Below, piece by piece: positions 28,160-39,100 of a stretch of DNA of 64,000 nt (position 1 is the first letter of the stretch; each line of letters opens with the position of its first letter). The notes under the pieces are model-generated. The model worked only from the letters and a program-made list of their open reading frames with translations, did not search any database and had not been told where the DNA came from. The position numbers were made by a program, and so were the translations under genes. Source of the stretch: Oscillospiraceae bacterium (GTDB lineage Bacteria; Bacillota; Clostridia; Oscillospirales; Ruminococcaceae); NCBI GenBank assembly GCA_018110825.1, contig JAGBCL010000046.1:3064-67063 (forward strand), read 5' to 3'.

Positions 28160-29413
28160 ATGTTTTATTCCGATGAGCAGATAGAAAGAGCAAATGCACA
28201 AGGGATAACGGAATATTTCAGAATGAAAGGCTATTCCTGTGAGCGTGAGGGCAGAGAAACCCATATTCACGGATTCGGCGGTTTAAAAGTCAAGGACAGC
28301 ACACAGGAATATTACATACATTCCCGTCACGTCGGCGGCATAGGACTTGTGCATTGCCTGATGAACGCTTTTGATATGACATTTCCCGAAGCCGTAAATG
28401 AAGCTCTCAACGGAGAAAATCCAAGCAAAGATTATGCTGTCGGAAGAAAAAATATTTACGCTCCCAAGCCTGTCGAGGAAAAGAAACCTCTTGTCATTCC
28501 GACAAAGGTTGAAGATAACAGACGGATATATGCGTATCTGATGAAGGAACGAAATATATCACCTGCTGTTATTGACGAGCTTGTTAAGACGGGACTTCTG
28601 TATCAGGACGATAAGGGTAATGCTGTATTTCTTCATCGCAGGGACAATGCTCCCTGCGGTGCGGAGGTACACGGAACGGGAAGAAAAAAGTATGCTGTCG
28701 GCAATACAAAATATACGGATATTGAGGAAAAGCGGATTTTATCAGTAGAGCCATACGAAGCGGAAATGCTGGAAAGGGTATTTTCAGATACAAGTCTGAA
28801 CTTTGCGGGATATGTGTATCCCAATGAAGCCAACATTATTTCCGATAGTGAGAATTTCAGAATAATATTAGACCTCATATCCCTTGTATCTGATAACAGG
28901 TATGAAACACCCGAAATACAGCAGACCGTAAGAAAAAAGCTGAAAAACTATAAAGGAGTGTCGCAGGGTACAACCGACTCATATTTTCAATATGACAGAG
29001 GGATACCCGATAAAGCGTATGTGTTTGAAAGCTCCATAGACCTTATGAGCTTTATGCAGCTGTATCCTAAAGAAAATAACTGTAAATTCGTTGCAATGGC
29101 AGGATTGAAACCTACTGTTGTAGAAGATTTGCTGAATAAAAATCTGACCGTTATTCTTTGCGTTGACAATGACAGTGCAGGATATGACTTTCGTAAAAGA
29201 TTTGGCAACAGATGTTTGGTTGTAACAGATTGTATAAAGAACGGAGTTAAGGATTTTAATGAGCTGTTGCAAATGCGTTTCCCGAAACGTGAATTTTACA
29301 CAGCCGTCGGAGATATGGTGCAGTGGAGCAGAAAGGTTATGTCAAATGAAAGAGAGGTGCGGAATGGAACGCACAGGAATAAACCCGTTAAAGCGGAACA
29401 TTTCCGCCGTTAA
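28160..29413 (+). CDS. DUF3991 + Toprim domain protein (primase/TraC-like)
   Basis: The central segment RRIYAYLMKERNISPAVIDELVKTGLLYQDDKGNAVF has DUF3991 character. The C-terminal part (VFESSIDLMS ... ILCVDNDSAG) matches Toprim acidic motifs. Confidence 0.6.
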   Translation: MFYSDEQIERANAQGITEYFRMKGYSCEREGRETHIHGFGGLKVKDSTQEYYIHSRHVGGIGLVHCLMNAFDMTFPEAVNEALNGENPSKDYAVGRKNIYAPKPVEEKKPLVIPTKVEDNRRIYAYLMKERNISPAVIDELVKTGLLYQDDKGNAVFLHRRDNAPCGAEVHGTGRKKYAVGNTKYTDIEEKRILSVEPYEAEMLERVFSDTSLNFAGYVYPNEANIISDSENFRIILDLISLVSDNRYETPEIQQTVRKKLKNYKGVSQGTTDSYFQYDRGIPDKAYVFESSIDLMSFMQLYPKENNCKFVAMAGLKPTVVEDLLNKNLTVILCVDNDSAGYDFRKRFGNRCLVVTDCIKNGVKDFNELLQMRFPKREFYTAVGDMVQWSRKVMSNEREVRNGTHRNKPVKAEHFRR

Positions 29414-29564
29414 GCAGATAAGTGAGCTTGGCGAAAGAAAAGCAAAGTTTGTGAAGCTAAGGCAGGAAAAGCAGCTTGAACTTGATGTTATAAACTCAGA
29501 TATTTCAAGCATTGAAGCACAGATCGCAAATATTCTAATGATAAAAAGGAGCAAAGGAAAATGA
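29364..29564 (+). CDS. Small coiled-coil protein
   Basis: Internal ATG at 29364 with a GAGAGGTG RBS. The sequence has a heptad-like character. Confidence 0.35.
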   Translation: MERTGINPLKRNISAVKQISELGERKAKFVKLRQEKQLELDVINSDISSIEAQIANILMIKRSKGK

Positions 29565-29926
29565 ACGCTGAATATATAAAAAATGAAACAGCGGTAGTTC
29601 AGCAGACGGAAGAAAAGAAACCTATCAGCAAGAGTGATAAGGTTGCCGAAAAGCTGAACGCTCTCCGTGAAAAGCTGGGTAAGGCTGTTGAAACCCAGAC
29701 TGCAGCAGAAAAGAAAGCGAAAGACCTGAAAAATGAGATAGCCAAATGTGAGAAGATTTTACACGATGAGGAAGTAAGACGGCTTGATAATGTGTGTTCC
29801 GAAAGAAAGCTTACTTATGATGAAATTATAGCTTTTATTACGGCGGTTACAGGCAAGATGACAATTTACGAAGCGGCAGAGCTTCTTGATTTAAGAATAA
29901 GAAAGGATGATATAAATGACCGATAA
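29561..29926 (+). CDS. Coiled-coil protein (DUF4315-like character)
   Basis: 121 aa, made of a K/E-rich coil followed by a short helical C-terminal segment. Its start overlaps the previous stop. Confidence 0.4.
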   Translation: MNAEYIKNETAVVQQTEEKKPISKSDKVAEKLNALREKLGKAVETQTAAEKKAKDLKNEIAKCEKILHDEEVRRLDNVCSERKLTYDEIIAFITAVTGKMTIYEAAELLDLRIRKDDINDR

Positions 29927-30182
29927 AATACATATTCAGGGCAGAGTAAGCGAAGCTCCTGTTACTGAACGCAATAACGAATATACTTTTTTCGTAATGC
30001 CGCATAATTCAGATGAGCCTGTTAAGGTAATTGTCAATAACGGCACAGGACTTGAAAAGAGGTACAGAAGCGGTGATAAGGTTATCGTTTCGGGTACAAG
30101 AGCAACAGCCAAAATCATTGAAAACGGATTTGTAAGATGCAGAATAATTGTCCGTGCTGAAACTATCATCCTTATGTCATAA
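29916..30182 (+). CDS. Small beta-rich protein (possible OB-fold)
   Basis: 88 aa with alternating beta-strand-like segments. No motif recognised. Confidence 0.35.
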   Translation: MTDKIHIQGRVSEAPVTERNNEYTFFVMPHNSDEPVKVIVNNGTGLEKRYRSGDKVIVSGTRATAKIIENGFVRCRIIVRAETIILMS

Positions 30183-30197
30183 AGGGAGGAAATACAA

Positions 30198-33100
30198 ATG
30201 ACCGAATATATCAATAAAGATTTTTACAAGGCTATTCCGCCCCAGGAACGCCATTATATAAACCTCAGCGGAAATAATATCAATGACGTAATTGACAGAC
30301 TCAACAGCGAGGGTATTGTTTTTTCTGCTACAATAAGCAATTACAAGAATGTTGTTACCGTTCATATTGCAGACCGTGAGAGAGCTTCAGCTATTGCAGC
30401 AGAGTTCACACAGAAAAAGTCTGCCGAGCTTAAAATTATCGGTAATACGGAATACAAATATATTTCCGATAAAAGATATATCAATATGGACAGTGAAACC
30501 GCATTAAAAGTTGCAGCAGTGCTGTCAGGTGACAACAATAGTCGCTTTTCGGGACGTATTGTAGGTGATAAGGCTACCATTACCGTAAGCGGAGATAAGA
30601 ACGCTGTTGCAGTAAGAAGAATTGCAGAGAATATAAAGAATATGGATCTGCTCACAGAACTTGAAGCGGCAGGCTTTGAGCGTGTAAATATTAACGGTTT
30701 TGATGACTTTGTTCATTTTAAAAACAAAGCAACAGGTGCTATCGAAGGATTTGACGGTCTGGATATGGTGCGTGATATGTTCTATGATACAGAATCGGAG
30801 TTCTTTCACCCAACAGCATACAAAATTGACCTTGCTTCTGACGCATACAATGATGTGTATTTCATTTCCGCTTATGACCTTACAACAGGTAATGTAAAAG
30901 TTCCGTATTTAAAGGAAGATGGTGAAATTGTTACCTTCTCCAGCGTTACCGATGCAGTAAACTACGGTTACAAGAATGAAATCCCATTTACAAACCCTCC
31001 CGAAGAAATTGCTGAGTGGAGAACCATTGACGAGAACAGGGAAAACAAGAGTATTTCAGAAGAAAATGCAGAGCGTATTTCATATTTCCCTATGCAGAAC
31101 GGACTTTACCCCGACCATATTCGTTATAACGAAAAGGACAACAGCTTCTATTGGGTATATTTCAACCCTGACGCAGATAATGGTGACGGTGCTTTTATAG
31201 AAAAGTACATCTCTGAAAGTGATATTTACGCTGCATATAAGGCAAGGGAAGAATCTGAAAATGAAGCCGAGGGTAACACAGCATTTATAAACTATATCTT
31301 TGAAAACTGTCGTGAAAACGCAATTGATACAAGTACAGCATACTTTGAAGATTACGCCAATGACTACATCAATCGCCCCGAAAACACAGCAGAATTTTAC
31401 GGTATCGGTGCAGAAAGCATTTATGTGGAGGAAGTAACTGCTTTTATTACTCTCCTGGAAGAAAACTGTCCTTCTGTTGTAAAGGATAAGCAGACAAATA
31501 AATCAAAAGACGTGCTTGATCTTAACAGCGATAATATTGAGATTGAGGGATATACAGGCACCTGGTATGTTATCGAAGCGGAGCATATCAAGGGTAAGGA
31601 TTTATTCCTGCTTGAAAGTGAATATTACGGCGATGAAGCTGCTTGCCTTATTGTTGACGGCGAAAGAAATCTTGTAATGGACGATGTTCATAACGGTTTT
31701 TCCGATTACCTTGAAAGAATTTCCGTACCCGAAAATCAGATGATAATTCCCGATGAAGATGCACAAGAAATGTGGACTTATGACTTTGATGTGTATATGA
31801 ACGGGGAGAAGCTTCCTCCGTTTATTGAGGGAGAATATGAGCGTAACCGTCAGATATATGCTGCAATGGTAGAGAAGGAGAATATTGTATCCGCAGTAAA
31901 GGAAGATGTTTCAACCTATCATAATGCGGACAGTATTGCAACAACAGTTTTTGAGATTAGCGAAAGCTATAACGGAACACCCGTAGCAGGAGAGCCGTAT
32001 TATCTTTATCTTGACGAAAACTATGAGGATTATGAGTGGCAGAATTGGAAAAAGGAATACAACAGCTATCAGAATACTATGTATTCCCTTACACACGGTC
32101 TGGCACAGAATGTTGAGGATTATCTCCTTAATGTGGTGAGCGATACACTTGTTGTTGCCCAGCGTGAAAGAGCACTTGCAAATGTTAAGCTTGTTTCTCT
32201 TTTCAAGACAGAGGAACAGAAAGAAGTAACTGAAGAAGCTCCTGTCACACAGCCTGATGAGGAATTAAGCTATCAGGAACAGCTTTTTGAAAGAGTAAAT
32301 GAAGAATACAACACCTTTATATCCGAAATCAGACAGGAAAGTGCAGATGTGCTTATTCAGTCAGCTGCTGCAATTGTTGATAAGGACAGGATAAGGCTTT
32401 ACCTTAAAGAATTCACACCTGAGCTGACCGATGAGCAGTATGAAGCTTTACTGTCAAGAAAATATCCGCTTGATGAAATTTATGAGCAGTGGGTAAAAAA
32501 CGGCGAGCTTAACGGACTTGAAGATGTAGGAATTGCACTTGAAGAAACAGCAGACCGTATCCTTATTTCGCTTGGACGTGAACAGCCTGCCGCACCTGTT
32601 ATTGAAGAAGCACCCGTTAATAACGTTGAATACGGTTATATTAACTGGAACGGTTTTGATAAGCAGAAATATGACGAACTGGTATCCAATGTGAAAAATC
32701 ATATCAGCGGCACTGACTATGCTTTCCTTTTTGTTGACAAGGAACTGTATAACTATCAGCTTGAACTTAATATCCGTGAGCTTGGTGATGAGTGGGCATT
32801 GGATTATGATATTTATGACAATGAAGCCGAGGAATATATCCACTGCGGCGGATATTATGAAAGTGCAGAATTCCCTTCATTTGAGATTTTTATTTCAGAT
32901 ATTGAAGCAAATGTAAGAACTGCGTTTGAAACAAGGGAACACGAAAGCAAGCAGCAGGAAGAACAGAAGCAGCAGTTTGTGTTTATGGTTGAACAGTACG
33001 GCGAAACAGCGTTTTTCCGTAACGATGAAATGACAGTTGAACGTCTGAAAAGAGAATGTGTATCAGCTGAAAAGCCGTTTCTGTACTGCATTGAACACGG

Positions 33101-36100
33101 CAGCAGAATAAGCGGTATAACCTTTGCTGAAATCTCACAGTCAGATAACGGACTTGCAGTTGAGGTAAATGTTGATAATCAGGAAATGAGGGTATATAAC
33201 AACGACATTGCCGAAACCTATTCCTTTGATGAAATCCGCAAAGAAAACAGACGTGCAGAAATTGCTGAACGGCTTGACCTTGAAAACAATAAACTCACTT
33301 TTTCTGTTGTTTCCATTGACGGTGAAGAAGAATTTGTAATGGGCGGTTTTGCCGACAGTGACAGGGTAACTGAAACTGACGAATACATCAATTTCATTGA
33401 CAGCCACGATGTAGATAATGTTACTGTAAGAGTTGACTTCTATATCGTGGGCAATGGTGATATTGAAAGTCAGGATATGTCTGAAGAACAGGCAGCGTAT
33501 GTACAGCAGCACCTTGACGATGTTCTTGAAATTGCTGATTCCCTTGATGTGCAGAGTTATGATATTGAGCCTGAAATTGACTATGATATTGAAGAAGATG
33601 AGCCGTCAGAGCTTGACAAGGCAATCGCTTACATAAACGATTATGTATCAAAGGAATTTGATATTGAAGCGTCCGTTGTGTCTGATGAAAATCTTGAACA
33701 CGTCAGCCTTGGTTATACGGAGCTGGGCGATAACGCAGAATATCCATTCCAGGTTGAAGCAGACCTCAAAAACTTTGCAATCAATTATTATATCAGTGGA
33801 AATCTTATGCGTACAGACAAATACGATTTCCTTGATGAGCTTATTGAAAGGGAGCTTGAAAACCTCGAATTTGACTATTTTGTCAGTGAGGGTAATTCTC
33901 TCCTTGAAGAAATGCTTGAAAAAGAAGCCGAGCTTTCACCTGTTGAACAGGCAAAGAAATATATCAGCGAGTATGTCGGTAAAATTTATGATAAGAACGA
34001 AGATTTTGAGGATATGAAGAATATCCCAATCGATCATTTCGTTATTGATGTACTTGAGGAAAATGTTTTTAATATGGACGTTGACCTTGAAGCCTTTGCT
34101 GTTACATATAAAATCAATGGTGATGTAACGCTGACAGAGCAGTACAATTCCGTTGAGGAAATGAATGAAGAATTACTGTCACAGCTTAATTACACAACGA
34201 ACAGAGCAACAGCAGGACGTTTGCTCAAAGAATACAAGCATAAGCAGTATGAGGAACAGAGCAAGAATGTTGAAGCCGCAGTAAAGGCAGATATTAAGCC
34301 TGATACCTTTATCGAGCCTGAAAAAATGCCCCTTTATACAAAGGATTACAACGCAGCAAAAGCGGCGAACGAAATGGACGTATATATTGCCAATCTCAAA
34401 GAAAACCGTGCTTGCAGGGAAGCAATCGACAAGGCTATAAACGAACATTACAGTGATAACAGACTTAACAGCAGTGCTGCACTTGAAAGCGTAATGCAGA
34501 ATTATACTTTTGAGCGTATCGCACACGTTGTAGCGGCAAGAGTTTATCATAACGAATGGGATATACGAATTACCAAAGACAATGTGGAATGGGGCAAGGA
34601 ACTGTTTGCAGAGCTGTCCTCCGACGCACGTCAGATGGCTAATCAGTATCAGCTCACTTCTCACCCCGGACTTATTGACCTTTTTGCAAACACTGTAAGA
34701 AAAGAAATCGACAGAGTAAGAGAGCAGGAACAAAGCATACCCGAAAACACTGTTACAGCAGAATCCGAAACAGTAAAGGATAATTACGCTGACGCTCCCG
34801 TAAGAAAAGGCTTTACATCAAATACCGCACCGACAATGAATATGATTGACCATATTCTTCGTTGTGGCAGTAACGAGCCGTACAGCCTTGAACGCATTGT
34901 CCGTCAGTTCCAGAAGAATAAGTCTGTTGAAGAAAATGCTGAATTTCTTAAAAAGGAGTTCGGTGAGGACGGCAGAGGATATATCATCAACGAGTATTCA
35001 GAGTTCAATGTGTCTGCGTGGTTTAACGAAAAGGGCATTACTGTTGCAGTAGGCGAAACAGCTTACCCAAGCGGAAGTAAAGCACATATTTCTTGGGAAG
35101 AAGCTGCCAATCGTATTAAGGTAATGCTTGAAAAGGGTAATTACTGTTCACAGGAAATCATCGACAACGCAAGAAATAATGATATAAAGGATATTGCCAA
35201 TAAGCTTGGTTATCTCCGACAGGACAGCAATATCAGACCGTTCTTTATTCCCGACTACTTTTTTGACGGTGGCTATTACGAAGCTACTGACAAAATTGCA
35301 GAAGCACTGCACGAAATCGCACCGCTTGATGAAATCGCAGAGGGACTTTCAAGCTTTATTGAAATGTACGAAAAAAATCCCGAAGTTATGCGTTTTCATT
35401 ACCATAAGCCTGCCGAACTGCTTGAAAGAATAAACGATTTGAGAGCAGAGTATAACCGAGGCAAGGTAAAGTTTGAGTATCCCGAATTTAAAACGAATGT
35501 TGATTTTGCATTTGAGCCAAAGCATTTTATTACAGAAGATGAAAAGGACTGGCTTCTTTTAAGCGGAAGCGGAGTTGTCGGCGGCAAATTCAGAATACAG
35601 GGATTTTTCAATCAGGACCATAACGCAAAAGAAAAAGCAGATTTCCTTAAAAACGAGTATGGCACAGGCGGAGTAGGCAGAAGCTGGTATTCTTCCAATC
35701 ACGACAGCAAGGGCATAGACCTTACAAAAGGCAGAGAGGCTAATAAATGCAAAGCTGAAATGAAGTGGGGAGAGGTTGTAAAGCGTATTGACAGACTTGT
35801 TGAAGCAGACGTATATATTTCCCCAAAGGACATTGAAAACCGTATCAGAGATGCCAAAAGAGATATTTCCCGTGGAAATTACGCTGACAGCTATGACAAG
35901 CACGTTATGGATAACGCTATGAAAATCCTTGACGAATACGGCATTGAGTACGAAATGCCGCAGGCAGTAATCGAAGCAAAGAAAAATACTTATGAAATCT
36001 ATCAGATTCCCCGTGGTGAACAGTATCACGATTTGCGATTTCTGCGTTATGCACAGCTTGAAAAAGCAGGACAGAAGCCTGATCCGAAGAATTACGAAAA

Positions 36101-39100
36101 GGTGTACAGCGGTAATCTTGATGATATTCCTTATGCAAATAAGCTGGAGGGAATATTCACAGTGTTCAATATTGAGCAGCCAAAGGATTTTGAGGGACAC
36201 TCATTAAGCGTTTCTGATGTTGTGGTTATTGATGATGAAAACGGTAAACACGCATATTATTGCGACAGCGTAGGCTACAAGGATATTACAGATATGTTCC
36301 TTAACCGTTCAACGCAGACTATTGAACAGCCTGCCGAGGAAGAAACGGAAAAGGTTAATGCCGAGCCTGCCGTTACAATAGGTGTAATCGAAAAGTATGG
36401 TCTTGAAATTGATTTTAACAGCATTGTGGGAGTCGATATTGAAAGCGAGGAGCTTACATACATCGGCGGTATAGACAGCGACGGACACGAACGCAAAGAC
36501 AATTACGGTGTTAATTATGTAACCACAAGTTATGATTATGCAGATGTCCTTTATAAAACGATATATATAAACGGAGAGTTGGAGAGATATGCAGATGTAA
36601 CGCTTTCCGATGTACTCGCAAGCGTTGAAGAAGCTCTTGACGAGCGTAACAAGGTATATATCAATCATAAGGACGGCACAAGAGAGCTTATCTACACCAA
36701 GAAACTCCTTGAAGCAAAAGAAAAGGCTGAACAGGAACAGCAGAACGAAACTGCACCACAGAGAAAGTCAGGCGATGAGGTTGAGGTAGGGGATAAGTTC
36801 CTTTACAAAGACCGTGAGTACACTGTAACATCTATGCTTGGTGTATATCCGAATGACGTTGGTGTTTCATATTTTGAGCAATCCTCATTCCGTACATATC
36901 AGGTGACAAGCAATATTGACAGATATGAGCTTGCGAACAATGGTGTTTATCTCGGTAATCCTGAAAAGGAAGAACGTCTTGCACAGCAGACAGAAATTTA
37001 TGAGCCGAGAATAAATGATGTTATTGAGTACGAGGAACAGCTTTTTAACGTAATTGATGTTAGTAACGGCAGAGTAACCTTGCAGGAAGCAGATTCATTC
37101 TTTGGCAGAACGATTACAGTTCCCGAAACTGACCTTATTACAAGTGACAGCCTGGTTGTAGTGCAGGGAAATGTAAAGAATGTAGAAAAACAGAATGTTC
37201 CCGAAGTTCCGACAGGTACGAATTATGTTATTACAGATGATAATTTCGGTGTTCCGGGCGGAGCAAAGGCAAGATACGCTGATAATGTTGAAGCAATAAA
37301 AACGCTGAAACAGATTGAAGCGGAAAACCGTACAGCCACAGCTGAAGAACAGCAGATTTTATCCAAGTACACAGGCTGGGGAGCTATTCCACAGGCTTTT
37401 GATATGAGCAATGAAAAGTGGAAGGAAGAATATGCGGAGTTAAAGGAACTGCTTTCTCCCGAAGAATATTCAGCCGCAAGACATTCGACAATGAACGCAC
37501 ATTTCACATCTCCCGTCATAACCTCCGCAATCTATGAGGGACTTAAAAATCTCGGATTTGAAAGTGGAAAAATCCTTGAGCCTGCAATAGGTATCGGTAA
37601 CTTTTTCGGAACACTCCCCGAAGAAATGCGAAACAGCAAGATTTACGGCGTAGAGCTTGACAGCCTTACGGGACGTATCGCACAGCAGCTTTATCAGACA
37701 GCGGATATTCAGATTAAAGGCTTTGAGCAGACAACATTTGCAGACAACAGCTTTGACATAGCTGTTGGTAATGTTCCGTTCGGTGACTATAAAGTAAATG
37801 ACAGAAAATATAACGATATGCACTTACTTATTCACGATTATTTTGCAGTGAAAATGCTTGATAAAGTACGTCCGGGCGGTATTGTTGCATTTGTAACCTC
37901 AAAGGGTACTTTGGATAAGGAAAATCCCGAAATCAGAAAATATCTTGCACAGAGAGCAGAGCTGTTAGGAGCAATCAGACTTCCGAATAATGCTTTCAAG
38001 GCTAACGCAGGTACAGAGGTTACTTCCGACATCATTTTCTTACAGAAGCGTGACCGTCCTATTGAAATCAATCCCGATGAGGTGGAATGGCTGAATAAGT
38101 CAGAAACAGCAGACGGATTTTCCGTAAATAACTATTTCGTTCAGCATCCAGAAATGGTGCTGGGTAAAATTGCAGAAGCAAAGCATATTTACGGACCGAC
38201 AGAAAACACACAGGTGTTACCTGTCGAGGGAGCAGACCTTAAACAGCAGCTTGCAGAAGCGGTAAAAAATATTAAGGGTAATTATGTTGTAGGGGAACTT
38301 GAAGAAAACAAGGATATTGACGAAATTCCCGCACCTGCAAATTCCCGAAAGTACAGCTTTTATGCAGTTGACGGCAATCTTTATTACAGAGAAGCCGAGG
38401 ATACTATGCGTAAGGTTGAAGTGCCAAAGGATACACTTAACCGTGCAGTAGGTTTGATTGAACTCCGTGACAATGTTCGTGAGCTGCTTGATTTACAGCT
38501 TGAAAATTCAGATGGTACGCTTGACGGAGATATTGCCGAGAGCAGAAAAAAACTGAATGAGCGTTATGACAGCTTTGTTGCAAAATACGGTAATGTGAGT
38601 GATCGTAAAAACGCAAAGGCTATGCAGGGCGATGATGGTTACAACATTGTATCCGCACTTGAAATCAAAGACGAAAAGGGACAGGTAACAGGAAAGTCAG
38701 AGATTTTCACACAAAACACAGTAAAGCCAAAACTTCTTGCAACACACGTTGAAACAGCACAGGAAGCCTTGATTTTATCCGTTGCAGAAAAAGCAAAGGT
38801 TGATTTTGAATATATGACCGAGCTTTGCGGTATGAGCAAGGAAACCCTTGTTTCAGAACTGAAAGGACAGATTTACAGACTTCCGCAGGAGAAGGAAAAG
38901 TATGTGACAGCGGATGAATATCTGACAGGAAATATCCGCAAAAAGCTTCACGAACTTGAAAATGCCCCTGAAGATATGGACATTTCCGAAAACAGAACAG
39001 CTCTTGAGAACGCTATGCCGCCAAGAGTGGAAGCGAAGGACATTTCCGTTAAGCTGGGTGCTCATTGGGTAGATCCGAAATATATCGCAGACTTTATTAT